This document shows, piece after piece, positions 52,314-60,401 of a DNA stretch of 64,000 nt. Made by a program: the position numbers and the translations under genes. The DNA is from Kiritimatiellia bacterium (GTDB lineage Bacteria; Verrucomicrobiota; Kiritimatiellia; RFP12; UBA1067), in the NCBI GenBank assembly GCA_045598585.1, contig JAZLMG010000023.1, positions 6,051-70,050 on the forward strand, written 5' to 3'. How positions within the stretch are numbered: position 1 is the stretch's first letter; each line of letters starts with the position of its first letter. The notes under the pieces were generated by a model that was not told the DNA's origin, searched no databases, and saw only the letters and a program-made list of their open reading frames with translations.

Positions 52314-53033
52314 ATGAAGAAGATGATGTTTGCTATGGTAACGCTTCTTGCCGCGACGACGGTTATCGCCGCGACTCCCAAGAAGTCCGGTGCGAAGCGC
52401 TCTGCCGCGAAGCCTGCGGCTGCCGCCGAAGCCGATGCTCCCGCGATTGAAGGTCGCGAAGGTCAGGTCTCGATCTCGGCACCCGTTCGCCTCGGTCGTC
52501 AGGCCTGCTTCCCCGCTCCTCAGCTTCAGGGCCAGTCCTCCGTCGGTCAGGTCTTCAAGAAGCCGCGTAGTTGGATCGTTCTCGAAGCGAAGTACGAAAC
52601 CTTTGCGAAGTGGCAGGATCAGCTTACCTTCACGTGGCACGTTCTTCTTGACTCGAAGAGCGCCACCGAGAATAAGGGTGGCGAGGATATCGCGCCTTAC
52701 AGCTATTTCACGACTCAGATCAGCTGCATGAACGTCCCGAAGGGCTTCCATGTTTCTTCCGCTGTTCTTCACCCGAGCTACCTCGAGCGCTTCGGCGAGC
52801 CGAAGGCCGTCGGCGTCGTCATTACCGATAAGAATGGCGCGGTTGTTGGCGGTGACAGCTGGAGCGAGGTCAGCGGCATCAAGTCGGGTACACTCTTCTG
52901 GGACGATCCGAAGATCATGGAAGCGACGAAGGATGGCGCTCCGATGATCGAGCGTCGCACGGGTCTCGTCGATCGCGCGAAAACCATTTGGGGTCTCGTC
53001 AATCCTAACGACTACGAAAACACGGTGCTTTAA
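52314..53033 (+). CDS. secreted hypothetical protein, first gene of the pilus-like cluster (positional equivalent of Akkermansia Amuc_1102)
   Basis: MKKMMFAMVTLLAATTVIAATP signal peptide, then an A/P/K-rich linker and a ~170-aa globular part. It starts 17 nt after the kpsF stop. I recognise no family. Confidence 0.7.
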   Translation: MKKMMFAMVTLLAATTVIAATPKKSGAKRSAAKPAAAAEADAPAIEGREGQVSISAPVRLGRQACFPAPQLQGQSSVGQVFKKPRSWIVLEAKYETFAKWQDQLTFTWHVLLDSKSATENKGGEDIAPYSYFTTQISCMNVPKGFHVSSAVLHPSYLERFGEPKAVGVVITDKNGAVVGGDSWSEVSGIKSGTLFWDDPKIMEATKDGAPMIERRTGLVDRAKTIWGLVNPNDYENTVL

Positions 53034-54679
53034 TGAAAAAGATTCAAACTCTTAACATCGGCTCTTCGTCGGTTCAGCTCGCCGAGTACGAACTCGGTGG
53101 CAAGGGATCGATCAAGCTCGTCAATTATGGCGTAGCTAAGCTCGCTGCTCCGCTCGACAGCGGCAACGCTTCGGCGATTCTTTCACCGGCGATTCTCGAG
53201 ATCGTTCGTGAAAAGGGCATTCGCCCCGGCAATATCGCCGTCTCCCTCCCCGGTCAGATGGTCTTCCCGAAATTCGCCGCGATTCCTTTCGCCGGCGGTC
53301 AGGATAAGTTCGACTCGATGGTTAAGATGGAAATCGAGCAGAACATCCCGTTCCCGATCGACGAAATGGTCTGCGATACTCAGGTCTTGGGAGATACTGA
53401 GTCGGGCGATAAGTCCGTCATGATCATCGCCTCGAAGCTTGATCAGGTCGAACCCATCACGAGCGCGATTTCCGCGTGTGGATTCTCGCCTGTTCTCGTC
53501 GATGCCGCACCGCTCGCCGTTTCGAACGCGCTCCATTTCAACACAATGGGTTCCGATGAGTGCTCGGTTATCCTCGACATCGGCGCGAAGACGTCTTCGC
53601 TTATCATTGTCGAAGGCGATAAGCTCTACAATCGCTCGGTTCCCGTCGCCGGCAATAACTTGACGCGCGAAATCGCCCAGGTTCTTGGTGTCGATCAGGC
53701 TGCGGCCGAAGAGCTCAAGATCTCGAAGGGCTATGTTGCTGCGGGTGGCGTCGAAGAGAATGAAGATCCTGAGGCCGATGCGATTTCGAAGTCCGCGCGC
53801 TCGGTTCTTTCGCGTCTTAACGCCGAAGTCTTGCGTTCAATCAACTTCTATCGCGGTCAGCAAGGCGGCGGTAATCCCACGAAGCTTTACATCACGGGCG
53901 GTACTGCGCTTCTTCCTCAGATCGCAGAGTTCTTCTCCGAGTCGCTCGGAATCGAAGTCGAATTCTTGAATCCTTTTGATCGCATCACGACGGGTGGCTC
54001 GGTTGATGCCGCCTCGCTCGAATCCGACATCGCTTATCTTGCCGCGTCTGCGGGTCTTGCGATTCATGCCGCTAGCGAGTCGCGTTATACGATTAACCTC
54101 CTTCCTCCCGCGATTATCGCCGAGCGCAAGGAAAAAGCTCGTATTCCGTTCGTGATCGTTTCGGCGGTTATGGTTATCGCGGCGGCGGTTTGCTGTTACA
54201 TCGGCGTTCTCCATCGCGGCAGCTCTCTCGCGGCTGAACTCGAAGCCGTCAACGCTCGCTCGACTGCGCTCGAGAATATCGAAAAGAAGATTCAGCTCGC
54301 TCAGAAGAAGGAAGCCGCTGCGACCAAGAAGGCCGAAGAGCTTAAGAGCTACATGCTTCGCCGAGGAGAGGGCGTTGTTCGTACGAACGCGATTCGCAAC
54401 TCGCTAGGCGACGCGTTTTGGATCGACTCGTTTGTCAGCAATCGTGCGACAGTTCGCGGTTGGAAGGACAAGGTCGACAAGGCCGTCCAGAATCACAACG
54501 AAAAGAACGGTGTTAAGCGCACTGCGCCCGAAATCGTCGCTACCCGCTTCGCATCGGCGACGGCGCTCGATCCCGACAACATCAAGATTACCGACATGAC
54601 CAAGCTCGGTAAGAACGGTGAAGTCGAACAGTTCGTTCTTGAACACTACTTCAAACCCACGGAGCCGAATCAGAAATGA
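53033..54679 (+). CDS. pilM: PilM-like actin-fold ATPase fused to a PilN-like transmembrane coiled-coil domain
   Basis: The PilM part is LNIGSSSVQLAEYE…, VLVDAAPLAVSNAL, ILDIGAKTSSLIIV, LYITGGTALLPQIAEFF. Then comes YTINLLPP…IPFVIVSAVMVIAAAVCCYIGVL (PilN signature plus a TM helix), followed by a coiled coil. Its ATG overlaps the upstream stop by 1 nt. Confidence 0.85.
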   Translation: MKKIQTLNIGSSSVQLAEYELGGKGSIKLVNYGVAKLAAPLDSGNASAILSPAILEIVREKGIRPGNIAVSLPGQMVFPKFAAIPFAGGQDKFDSMVKMEIEQNIPFPIDEMVCDTQVLGDTESGDKSVMIIASKLDQVEPITSAISACGFSPVLVDAAPLAVSNALHFNTMGSDECSVILDIGAKTSSLIIVEGDKLYNRSVPVAGNNLTREIAQVLGVDQAAAEELKISKGYVAAGGVEENEDPEADAISKSARSVLSRLNAEVLRSINFYRGQQGGGNPTKLYITGGTALLPQIAEFFSESLGIEVEFLNPFDRITTGGSVDAASLESDIAYLAASAGLAIHAASESRYTINLLPPAIIAERKEKARIPFVIVSAVMVIAAAVCCYIGVLHRGSSLAAELEAVNARSTALENIEKKIQLAQKKEAAATKKAEELKSYMLRRGEGVVRTNAIRNSLGDAFWIDSFVSNRATVRGWKDKVDKAVQNHNEKNGVKRTAPEIVATRFASATALDPDNIKITDMTKLGKNGEVEQFVLEHYFKPTEPNQK

Positions 54680-55704
54680 AGAAACCTTTGATTATTATGG
54701 CCTCGGTCGGTGGCATCGCGCTTGTCGCGGTCGCGCTTATCGGCTACTTGGCTTTTGCCGCTTACTCCGAACAGGAGGAAACGCGTGAGTCGATCGATTC
54801 GGCGCTTTCGAATGTTCAGCGCATCAACTCGCGCCCGGTCGCTCCGATCATGGACAGCGTCACGGCGATCGATGCGAACACCGCGACTCTCGAGAAGTGG
54901 TATGGCGACGCGCTCCAGCTCGTCTCCGTCGGCGATCTCGAAGTCGATTCTTCGCTTACGCCTTCGTCCTTCAAGGAAAAGCTCGTTGAAGAAGCCGCGG
55001 CACTTTCGAAAGCGCCCGGCAACGTCCTCGGCGCGATCGTGAAGGAAGGCTATGCGTTCGGTTTCGATCGTTTCATCACCGGTAGTGATCTTCCCGAAGC
55101 CGAAAAGCTTGCCGAGTATAGCCGTCAGTGGGAAGATATCAAGGTTCTTGTAAAGGCGCTTTCGAACGCGGGCGGTAGCGAGTTCGTCTCCATCGAAATG
55201 AAGGCCGTGCCCGAAATCTTGAAGGCGATCGGCGTTAACGTAGAAGACGATAAGGCCGCAGCGAAGAAAGATGATAAACGCGGCGGCCGCGCAAATCAGC
55301 GCAACAAGAAGAAAGCCGAAGAAGAGAAGCCGGTCGAGAGCTACTCGATGCAGGGTTACCATATCGTCTATCGCGCTCGTCCGCAGGCTCAGGTCAAGTT
55401 CCTTAACGAACTCGCTTCCTGCAAGCGCTTTGTGACGACGTTCTATTTGAACTTCGCGCACGAAGCCGATCCGATCGCGACTGTCCTCGCGCCCGAGAAG
55501 AAGTCCGCCGATACGTCGTCTGCTAAGAAGAGTCGTCGCGGCAAGAAGCGCGCTGAGGCCGAAGAAGCCGAGGTGACCGAGTCGAATGTGAAGGCGCCCT
55601 CGGGCATGGTTATCGATACCGTCAATGGCGGCGAACTCGTCGTTACGCTCGATCTTGCCACTATCGACTTCAAGACCAAGGCCGAAGTGAAGGAGGCTGA
55701 ATAA
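54676..55704 (+). CDS. membrane-anchored Amuc_1100-like / PilO-like protein
   Basis: 342 aa. N-terminal TM anchor (IIMASVGGIALVAVALIGYLAF), a helical region, a polybasic low-complexity insert, and a C-terminal beta segment (GELVVTLDLATIDFKTK). From memory, order and layout parallel Amuc_1100. ATGA overlap with the upstream gene. Confidence 0.75.
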   Translation: MKKPLIIMASVGGIALVAVALIGYLAFAAYSEQEETRESIDSALSNVQRINSRPVAPIMDSVTAIDANTATLEKWYGDALQLVSVGDLEVDSSLTPSSFKEKLVEEAAALSKAPGNVLGAIVKEGYAFGFDRFITGSDLPEAEKLAEYSRQWEDIKVLVKALSNAGGSEFVSIEMKAVPEILKAIGVNVEDDKAAAKKDDKRGGRANQRNKKKAEEEKPVESYSMQGYHIVYRARPQAQVKFLNELASCKRFVTTFYLNFAHEADPIATVLAPEKKSADTSSAKKSRRGKKRAEAEEAEVTESNVKAPSGMVIDTVNGGELVVTLDLATIDFKTKAEVKEAE

Positions 55705-56849
55705 TGAAGACCAAGGGTAATTTCCTCGCCGACTATTGGCATTTCCTCGTCTTGGCGGTTTCGTTCGCGATTCTCGCGCTTGGCGTTGTCTTTATGCTCT
55801 CTTCGCTCTCCGTCGATGCCGATCAGGCGATTCAGGAATCGCTCTCGATGGTCGATAAGAAGCATGTTAAGACCGGTGTTGCCGAAGTCGATATGACCGA
55901 GTACAATGCCGCGTACAAGAATACCTTGACGCCCGGCAAGATTCCCGAAATCGCCGAAGGTGCCGCGAGCTTCTTAGGCCCGGAAAGCCGTGTCTTCTGT
56001 GAACAGGGCGAAGCCGGCAAGGAGCCGAGCTGCGGCATGCCGATTCCGTTCGGTTCGAAGGAGTGCCCCTTGTGTGGCGCTTTGCAGCCCGGCGAAGTCC
56101 AGGCGAACAAGGCTGACGGCGATGAAGACGGTCTTCCCGATGAGTGGGAGAAGAAGTATGGTTTGAGTCTCGCCGAAAATGACGCGAACGGAGACCTCGA
56201 CAATGACGGCTTCACGAACATGGAAGAATTCCTCGCGAAGACGAATCCTGCCGATCCGACGAGCCATCCCCCCTATGTCGCTTCGCTTACCGTCCTTCCT
56301 CAGGTTACCAAGGTCGAAGTTCCGTTTGACTTGAAGCGCGTTCTTGAAATTCCCTCGGGCACTCGTTTCGTCTTCCGCGATCCGAACGCCGAGACGATTA
56401 AGTACGGCAAGAAGGTCAAGGGCGTCGATCACGAATGCGTCGTCGACAAGGCGAAGCCCGAGGCGGTTGCGATCGGCACGACCGGTTATACGCTCAAGTC
56501 GTTCGAAAAGAAAAACGTCAAGAAAGCCAACAAGCGCGTCAAGGGTCTCATGGTCGATACGGTAGTTTTCGAGGTCAAGGCCGAACGCGATAGCGACAAG
56601 AAGGAAGTTGCGTTCAGATACGCGGAAGGGGAGAAATCCAAGCGCGCGGTTATCGATACGCAGGCGACACTCGTCTATAATCGTGGCGGCGTTAAAGAAA
56701 TTCCCGTCGTTCCCGGAACCGAGTTTGAGCTCTCGAATGGCGCCAAATACAAGGTTTTATTGATTGAAACCGCGCAAACGGGCGTTAAGGTCATAGTCAA
56801 AGACTTGACTTCGGGCGAAGAAACTACAATTTCGGCACTTGAACAATAA
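55704..56849 (+). CDS. membrane-anchored protein with a 4-Cys zinc-ribbon-like motif and two TSP type-3-like Ca-binding repeats
   Basis: 381 aa. TM helix (FLADYWHFLVLAVSFAILALGVVFML). C-x10-C-x10-C-x2-C (FCEQGEAGKEPSCGMPIPFGSKECPLCG, nt ~55995-56078). DGDEDGLPDEWEKKYGL…DLDNDGFTNMEEFLAKTNPADP (nt ~56112-56270). A 1-nt start/stop overlap with the upstream gene. Confidence 0.8.
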   Translation: MKTKGNFLADYWHFLVLAVSFAILALGVVFMLSSLSVDADQAIQESLSMVDKKHVKTGVAEVDMTEYNAAYKNTLTPGKIPEIAEGAASFLGPESRVFCEQGEAGKEPSCGMPIPFGSKECPLCGALQPGEVQANKADGDEDGLPDEWEKKYGLSLAENDANGDLDNDGFTNMEEFLAKTNPADPTSHPPYVASLTVLPQVTKVEVPFDLKRVLEIPSGTRFVFRDPNAETIKYGKKVKGVDHECVVDKAKPEAVAIGTTGYTLKSFEKKNVKKANKRVKGLMVDTVVFEVKAERDSDKKEVAFRYAEGEKSKRAVIDTQATLVYNRGGVKEIPVVPGTEFELSNGAKYKVLLIETAQTGVKVIVKDLTSGEETTISALEQ

Positions 56850-56861
56850 TCTAAAATATCG

Positions 56862-56867
56862 TATAAT
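56862..56867 (+). promoter_or_regulatory. possible internal -10 box TATAAT upstream of the secretin gene
   Basis: cGTATAAT in the 44-nt gap. AAGAGGAG at 56876-56883 and the ATG at 56894 follow. Confidence 0.3.
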
Positions 56868-56893
56868 ATCCACATAAGAGGAGTGGGACTATT

Positions 56894-59800
56894 ATGATTA
56901 AAATTAAGACTCTTGTCGCAGTCGGAGCGGCCATGACGCTTACCGTCATGTCGGGCAATAGCTTTGCCCAAGACGATCTCGATGACCTTTTGAAGGATCT
57001 CGAGAGTGAAGCTGTAGCGGAGGCCCCGGCCCCCGACGAAGAAGCTGACGCTGATGAAGCGGAGGTGGAAACGGCCGAACCCGAAGAAACTGTCGAGGAA
57101 GAAGCTGCTGAAGCTGAAGAAGCTACTGATGCGGAAGAACCCGCTGAAGAAGCTGAAGAGCCTGCCGAAGCTGCTGAAGCCGAGGATGCCGAAGAGGCGG
57201 TCGAAGAAGACGCCGTCGACGCCGACGCGGAAGAGCCTGTCGAAGCTGAAGAAGCTACCGACGCGGAAGAACCCGTTGAAGCTGAAGACGCCGACACCGA
57301 CGAGGCTGAGGAAGTCGCCGAGCCCACTGAAGCGACTCCCGAGGAAGAACCCGCCGAAGAAGCTGACACCGACGAAGTTGAGGAAGTCGCCGAGGCTACC
57401 GAAGAGCCCACTGAGGCGACGCCCGAGGCCACTCCCGTCCCCGAGACCGTCCCCGCTCCTGTTGCCGACGATGAAGTCGACGAAGAAGTAGACAATGTCC
57501 TTTCCCTCTTGAGCGAATTGTCTGCCGAAGTCGACGCCAAGCCGGAGCCTGCTGTTGCTGAACCCGCTCCCGCTCCTGCCGTCGAAGAACCTGCTGTTGC
57601 TGAAGAAGAGCCCGCTCCTGCGCCTGCCGCCAAGCCCGCGAAGAGCGCTCATCCCGATGCCGAACTTCTCGCCAACGTCCGCGCGACCGAGAAGATTCGT
57701 ATCGAAGCCCTCGAGATGCAGGCGAAGCGTACGATGAAGGATGCCCAGACCGCGATGAAGTCGGGCGACTATACCGAAGCCGTTCGTCAGTACTCCCTTG
57801 CGTACAAGTGGCTCGGCGATCGTCCCACTAACCGCGACCTCAAGAAGATCTGCGAACATGGTATTGCCGAAGGCCTCTATCGTGAAGCTTGCCAGAACTA
57901 TGAACTCGGCCGCCGCGAAACCGCGAAGTCGATTATGCAGGAAGCCGTCAAGATGCGTCACCCGAAGGCCGCGAAGACCTTGGAGAAGTGGCTCACGACC
58001 GATGAAGAAAGCTTCCGCAAGCCCGACCTCTCCGAAATCACCCACGTCCGTAATGATGCCAAGTACAAGGTTGAGCGTTCGAACATCCGCAAGCACCTCA
58101 AGCGTTCGCGCCAGTACCTCGCCGTCAAGGACATCGATAAGGCGCTTGAAGAGTGCGAACTCGTCATCGTCAACGATCCTTACAATCAGGAAGCGCTTAA
58201 GCTCCGCTCCTCGATCTTGAAGAAGAAGGCCGCCATCCTCCAGCAGGAGCGCGATGTCGCTCGCGAAGGTATGATTGCCGATGTCGATCGCGTTTGGCGT
58301 CCGTTGTATGCTCCGAACTCGACCCAGCTAGACTTCGCTCCCGTCGAAACCCAGAAGGTTCAGATCGGTGAAGATCCCGAGCGCACGATGGAGCAGGACA
58401 TCGAAAAGCGCATGAAAGAAATGCGCCTTCCCACGATCTCGTTCAAGCCGCCGGCCACGATCATCGATGCCATTGACTTCTTCCGTCAGGCCTCGAAGGA
58501 CTATGACCGTCCCGATATCCCGATCGAAAAGCGTGGTTTCAACTTCGTCCTCAAGACCCCCGATCAGGTTCAGGCTGCGGTCGCGTCCTCGTCCGACGAC
58601 GATAGCGATGACTTCTCCTCGACCGATAACGAAGAGGAAGTTGGACCTTCCGTCACTGGCGTCCCCGTCATCCCGACGATCACCGCGAGCGACATTTCCT
58701 TCTATGAAGCTCTTAAGCTCGTCACCGATCAGGTCGGCTACAAGTTCCGTCTCCGTGGCTCGATCATCATGATCATGCCCAAGACGATGTCGATCGATGA
58801 ACTCCTCACCCGCAACTATAACGTTCCTGATTCGCTCTCCGAACGCGTCACTAGCGCTTCGAGCGATATTAAGGAAATGAAGAGCTCTGGCTTCGGTGGC
58901 GGCTCTTCGAAGAGCTCTGGCGATGATGACGAGAATCAGGAACGCGACTGGAAGGATACTTTCAAGCAGCTCGGCGTTGAATGGCCCGAAGGTTCGTCGA
59001 TCATGTACATCAAGTCTCTCGGTAAGCTCCGTGTCCGCAACACGAGCGAGAACTTGGCGCTCATGGAACAGGCGCTCTCCGAACTCGGCGGCGTCGTCAA
59101 GCTCATCGAAATCGAAACCCGCTTCGTCGAAGTTTCTCAGGAAGACTTGAACTCGCTCGGCTTCGAGTGGATTCTCAACAGCGACTACAACCTCGACGTC
59201 GGCTCTAAGCTCGGCAAGGCGCTCGGTGTTCGTCACGCTGGCAATATCACGACGGGTGGCACGACGACGACCGAAATCGTCCCCGTTACCCAAAATGGTC
59301 AAACTACCTACCAGTATCGTGAAACCACCACGGGCGGTGTCACCGGCTGGCAGCGCGGCGGTGATACCCGTAACGTCAACATCGGCGCGATGGGTGGCTC
59401 CTCCGACTATGCTAACGGCAATCGTTACCTCTCCCAGACGGGTAACCACGTCTCCGGTCAGGGTCAGTCGAACAACGACCAGTTCATGCGCGTCAATGCC
59501 TTCCTCGGCAATGCTGACCTCTCGATGATTCTCCACATGCTCTCGCAGCGTAGCGATACGGACCTCCTCTCGGCTCCTAAGGTCGTCACGAAGTCCGGTA
59601 CCGAAGCTACGATCAAGGTCGTGACGGAGTACATCTACCCGACTGATTATAATGTTCAGCTCCAGTCGAGCTCGAGCTCCTCGGGCAACAACGGCGGTAG
59701 CCAGAGCGCGATTCTCGCGATCGTCGAACCTGAAAACTTCCAGACCCGTCCCGTCGGTGTTATCTTGACGGTCACCCCGACCTACACCGAAACGAACGGC

Positions 59801-60388
59801 GGCTTGATTGACCTCGAACTCAATCCTCAGGTCGTTGATGAGCCGACTTGGAAGAACTACGGTATGAAGATTCCGTATTCGGGTAATAGCTCCCTCCAGA
59901 ACTTCGAAGGTATCGGCGACATCTTCTCGGGTCTCGGTTCGATCTTTGAACAGCTCGGTACGGGCTTAAGCGACGCGATTCGCGAAACCTTCGCGACGAA
60001 GGCGCTCGACTCGGCTTCCAACGCTCTCGATGGTCTCACCCGTTCGAACTCCGACAACCTCACCTATTACGATGCCCCGATGGAACAGCCGTTCTTCCAC
60101 GTTCGTGAAGTTTCGACCTCCGTCTCCATCAACCCGGGTTCGACGGTTGTTCTCGGCGGTCTCATCACCGAACAGCGCAAGGCGATGGACGACAAGGTTC
60201 CGTTCCTCGGCGACCTTCCCTTCATCGGCCGCTTGTTCCGCTCGCACGCCGAGCAGACGGTTAAGCGTAACCTTCTCATCTTCGTAACCGGCCGTCTCAT
60301 CACCCCGAGCGGTCGTGAAGTCCGCACGAATGACGCGGTCGATAACATGACAGACGATGAGATCAAGGCGGCGCCTTCTGCCGACTGA
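56894..60388 (+). CDS. secretin (GspD/PilQ family) with a long polyacidic N-terminal extension and a TPR-like region
   Basis: 1,164 aa. Signal peptide MIKIKTLVAVGAAMTLTVMSGNSFA. The C-terminal secretin domain has …LLSAPKVVTKSGTEATIKV…, …VLGGLITEQRK…DKVPFLGDLPFIGRLFRS…RNLLIFVTGRLI. Confidence 0.92.
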   Translation: MIKIKTLVAVGAAMTLTVMSGNSFAQDDLDDLLKDLESEAVAEAPAPDEEADADEAEVETAEPEETVEEEAAEAEEATDAEEPAEEAEEPAEAAEAEDAEEAVEEDAVDADAEEPVEAEEATDAEEPVEAEDADTDEAEEVAEPTEATPEEEPAEEADTDEVEEVAEATEEPTEATPEATPVPETVPAPVADDEVDEEVDNVLSLLSELSAEVDAKPEPAVAEPAPAPAVEEPAVAEEEPAPAPAAKPAKSAHPDAELLANVRATEKIRIEALEMQAKRTMKDAQTAMKSGDYTEAVRQYSLAYKWLGDRPTNRDLKKICEHGIAEGLYREACQNYELGRRETAKSIMQEAVKMRHPKAAKTLEKWLTTDEESFRKPDLSEITHVRNDAKYKVERSNIRKHLKRSRQYLAVKDIDKALEECELVIVNDPYNQEALKLRSSILKKKAAILQQERDVAREGMIADVDRVWRPLYAPNSTQLDFAPVETQKVQIGEDPERTMEQDIEKRMKEMRLPTISFKPPATIIDAIDFFRQASKDYDRPDIPIEKRGFNFVLKTPDQVQAAVASSSDDDSDDFSSTDNEEEVGPSVTGVPVIPTITASDISFYEALKLVTDQVGYKFRLRGSIIMIMPKTMSIDELLTRNYNVPDSLSERVTSASSDIKEMKSSGFGGGSSKSSGDDDENQERDWKDTFKQLGVEWPEGSSIMYIKSLGKLRVRNTSENLALMEQALSELGGVVKLIEIETRFVEVSQEDLNSLGFEWILNSDYNLDVGSKLGKALGVRHAGNITTGGTTTTEIVPVTQNGQTTYQYRETTTGGVTGWQRGGDTRNVNIGAMGGSSDYANGNRYLSQTGNHVSGQGQSNNDQFMRVNAFLGNADLSMILHMLSQRSDTDLLSAPKVVTKSGTEATIKVVTEYIYPTDYNVQLQSSSSSSGNNGGSQSAILAIVEPENFQTRPVGVILTVTPTYTETNGGLIDLELNPQVVDEPTWKNYGMKIPYSGNSSLQNFEGIGDIFSGLGSIFEQLGTGLSDAIRETFATKALDSASNALDGLTRSNSDNLTYYDAPMEQPFFHVREVSTSVSINPGSTVVLGGLITEQRKAMDDKVPFLGDLPFIGRLFRSHAEQTVKRNLLIFVTGRLITPSGREVRTNDAVDNMTDDEIKAAPSAD
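57008..57645 (+). repeat. low-complexity E/A/P/D/T-rich region (~210 aa) with imperfect ~40-bp DNA repeats
   Basis: Example: GAAGCTGAAGAAGCTAC(T/C)GA(T/C)GCGGAAGAACCCG at ~57108 and ~57243. GACACCGACGA(G/A)G(C/T)TGAGGAAGTCGCCGAG occurs twice. The peptide is EAVAEAPAPDEEADADEAEVETAEPEETVEEEAAEAEEATDAEEPAEE…. Confidence 0.85.
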
Positions 60389-60401
60389 TAAGGAACGCTT
60401 A

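Noticed and set aside
56675-58096. 473-aa and 260-aa (56851-57633) minus-strand ORFs rich in G/S/A/F, and the plus-frame K/P/L/R-rich ORF at 57054-57491.
   Set aside because: These are alternative readings of the GAA/GCT/GCC-rich repeat that encodes the acidic N-terminal tract of the secretin. They have no independent start signals and are low-complexity artefacts.
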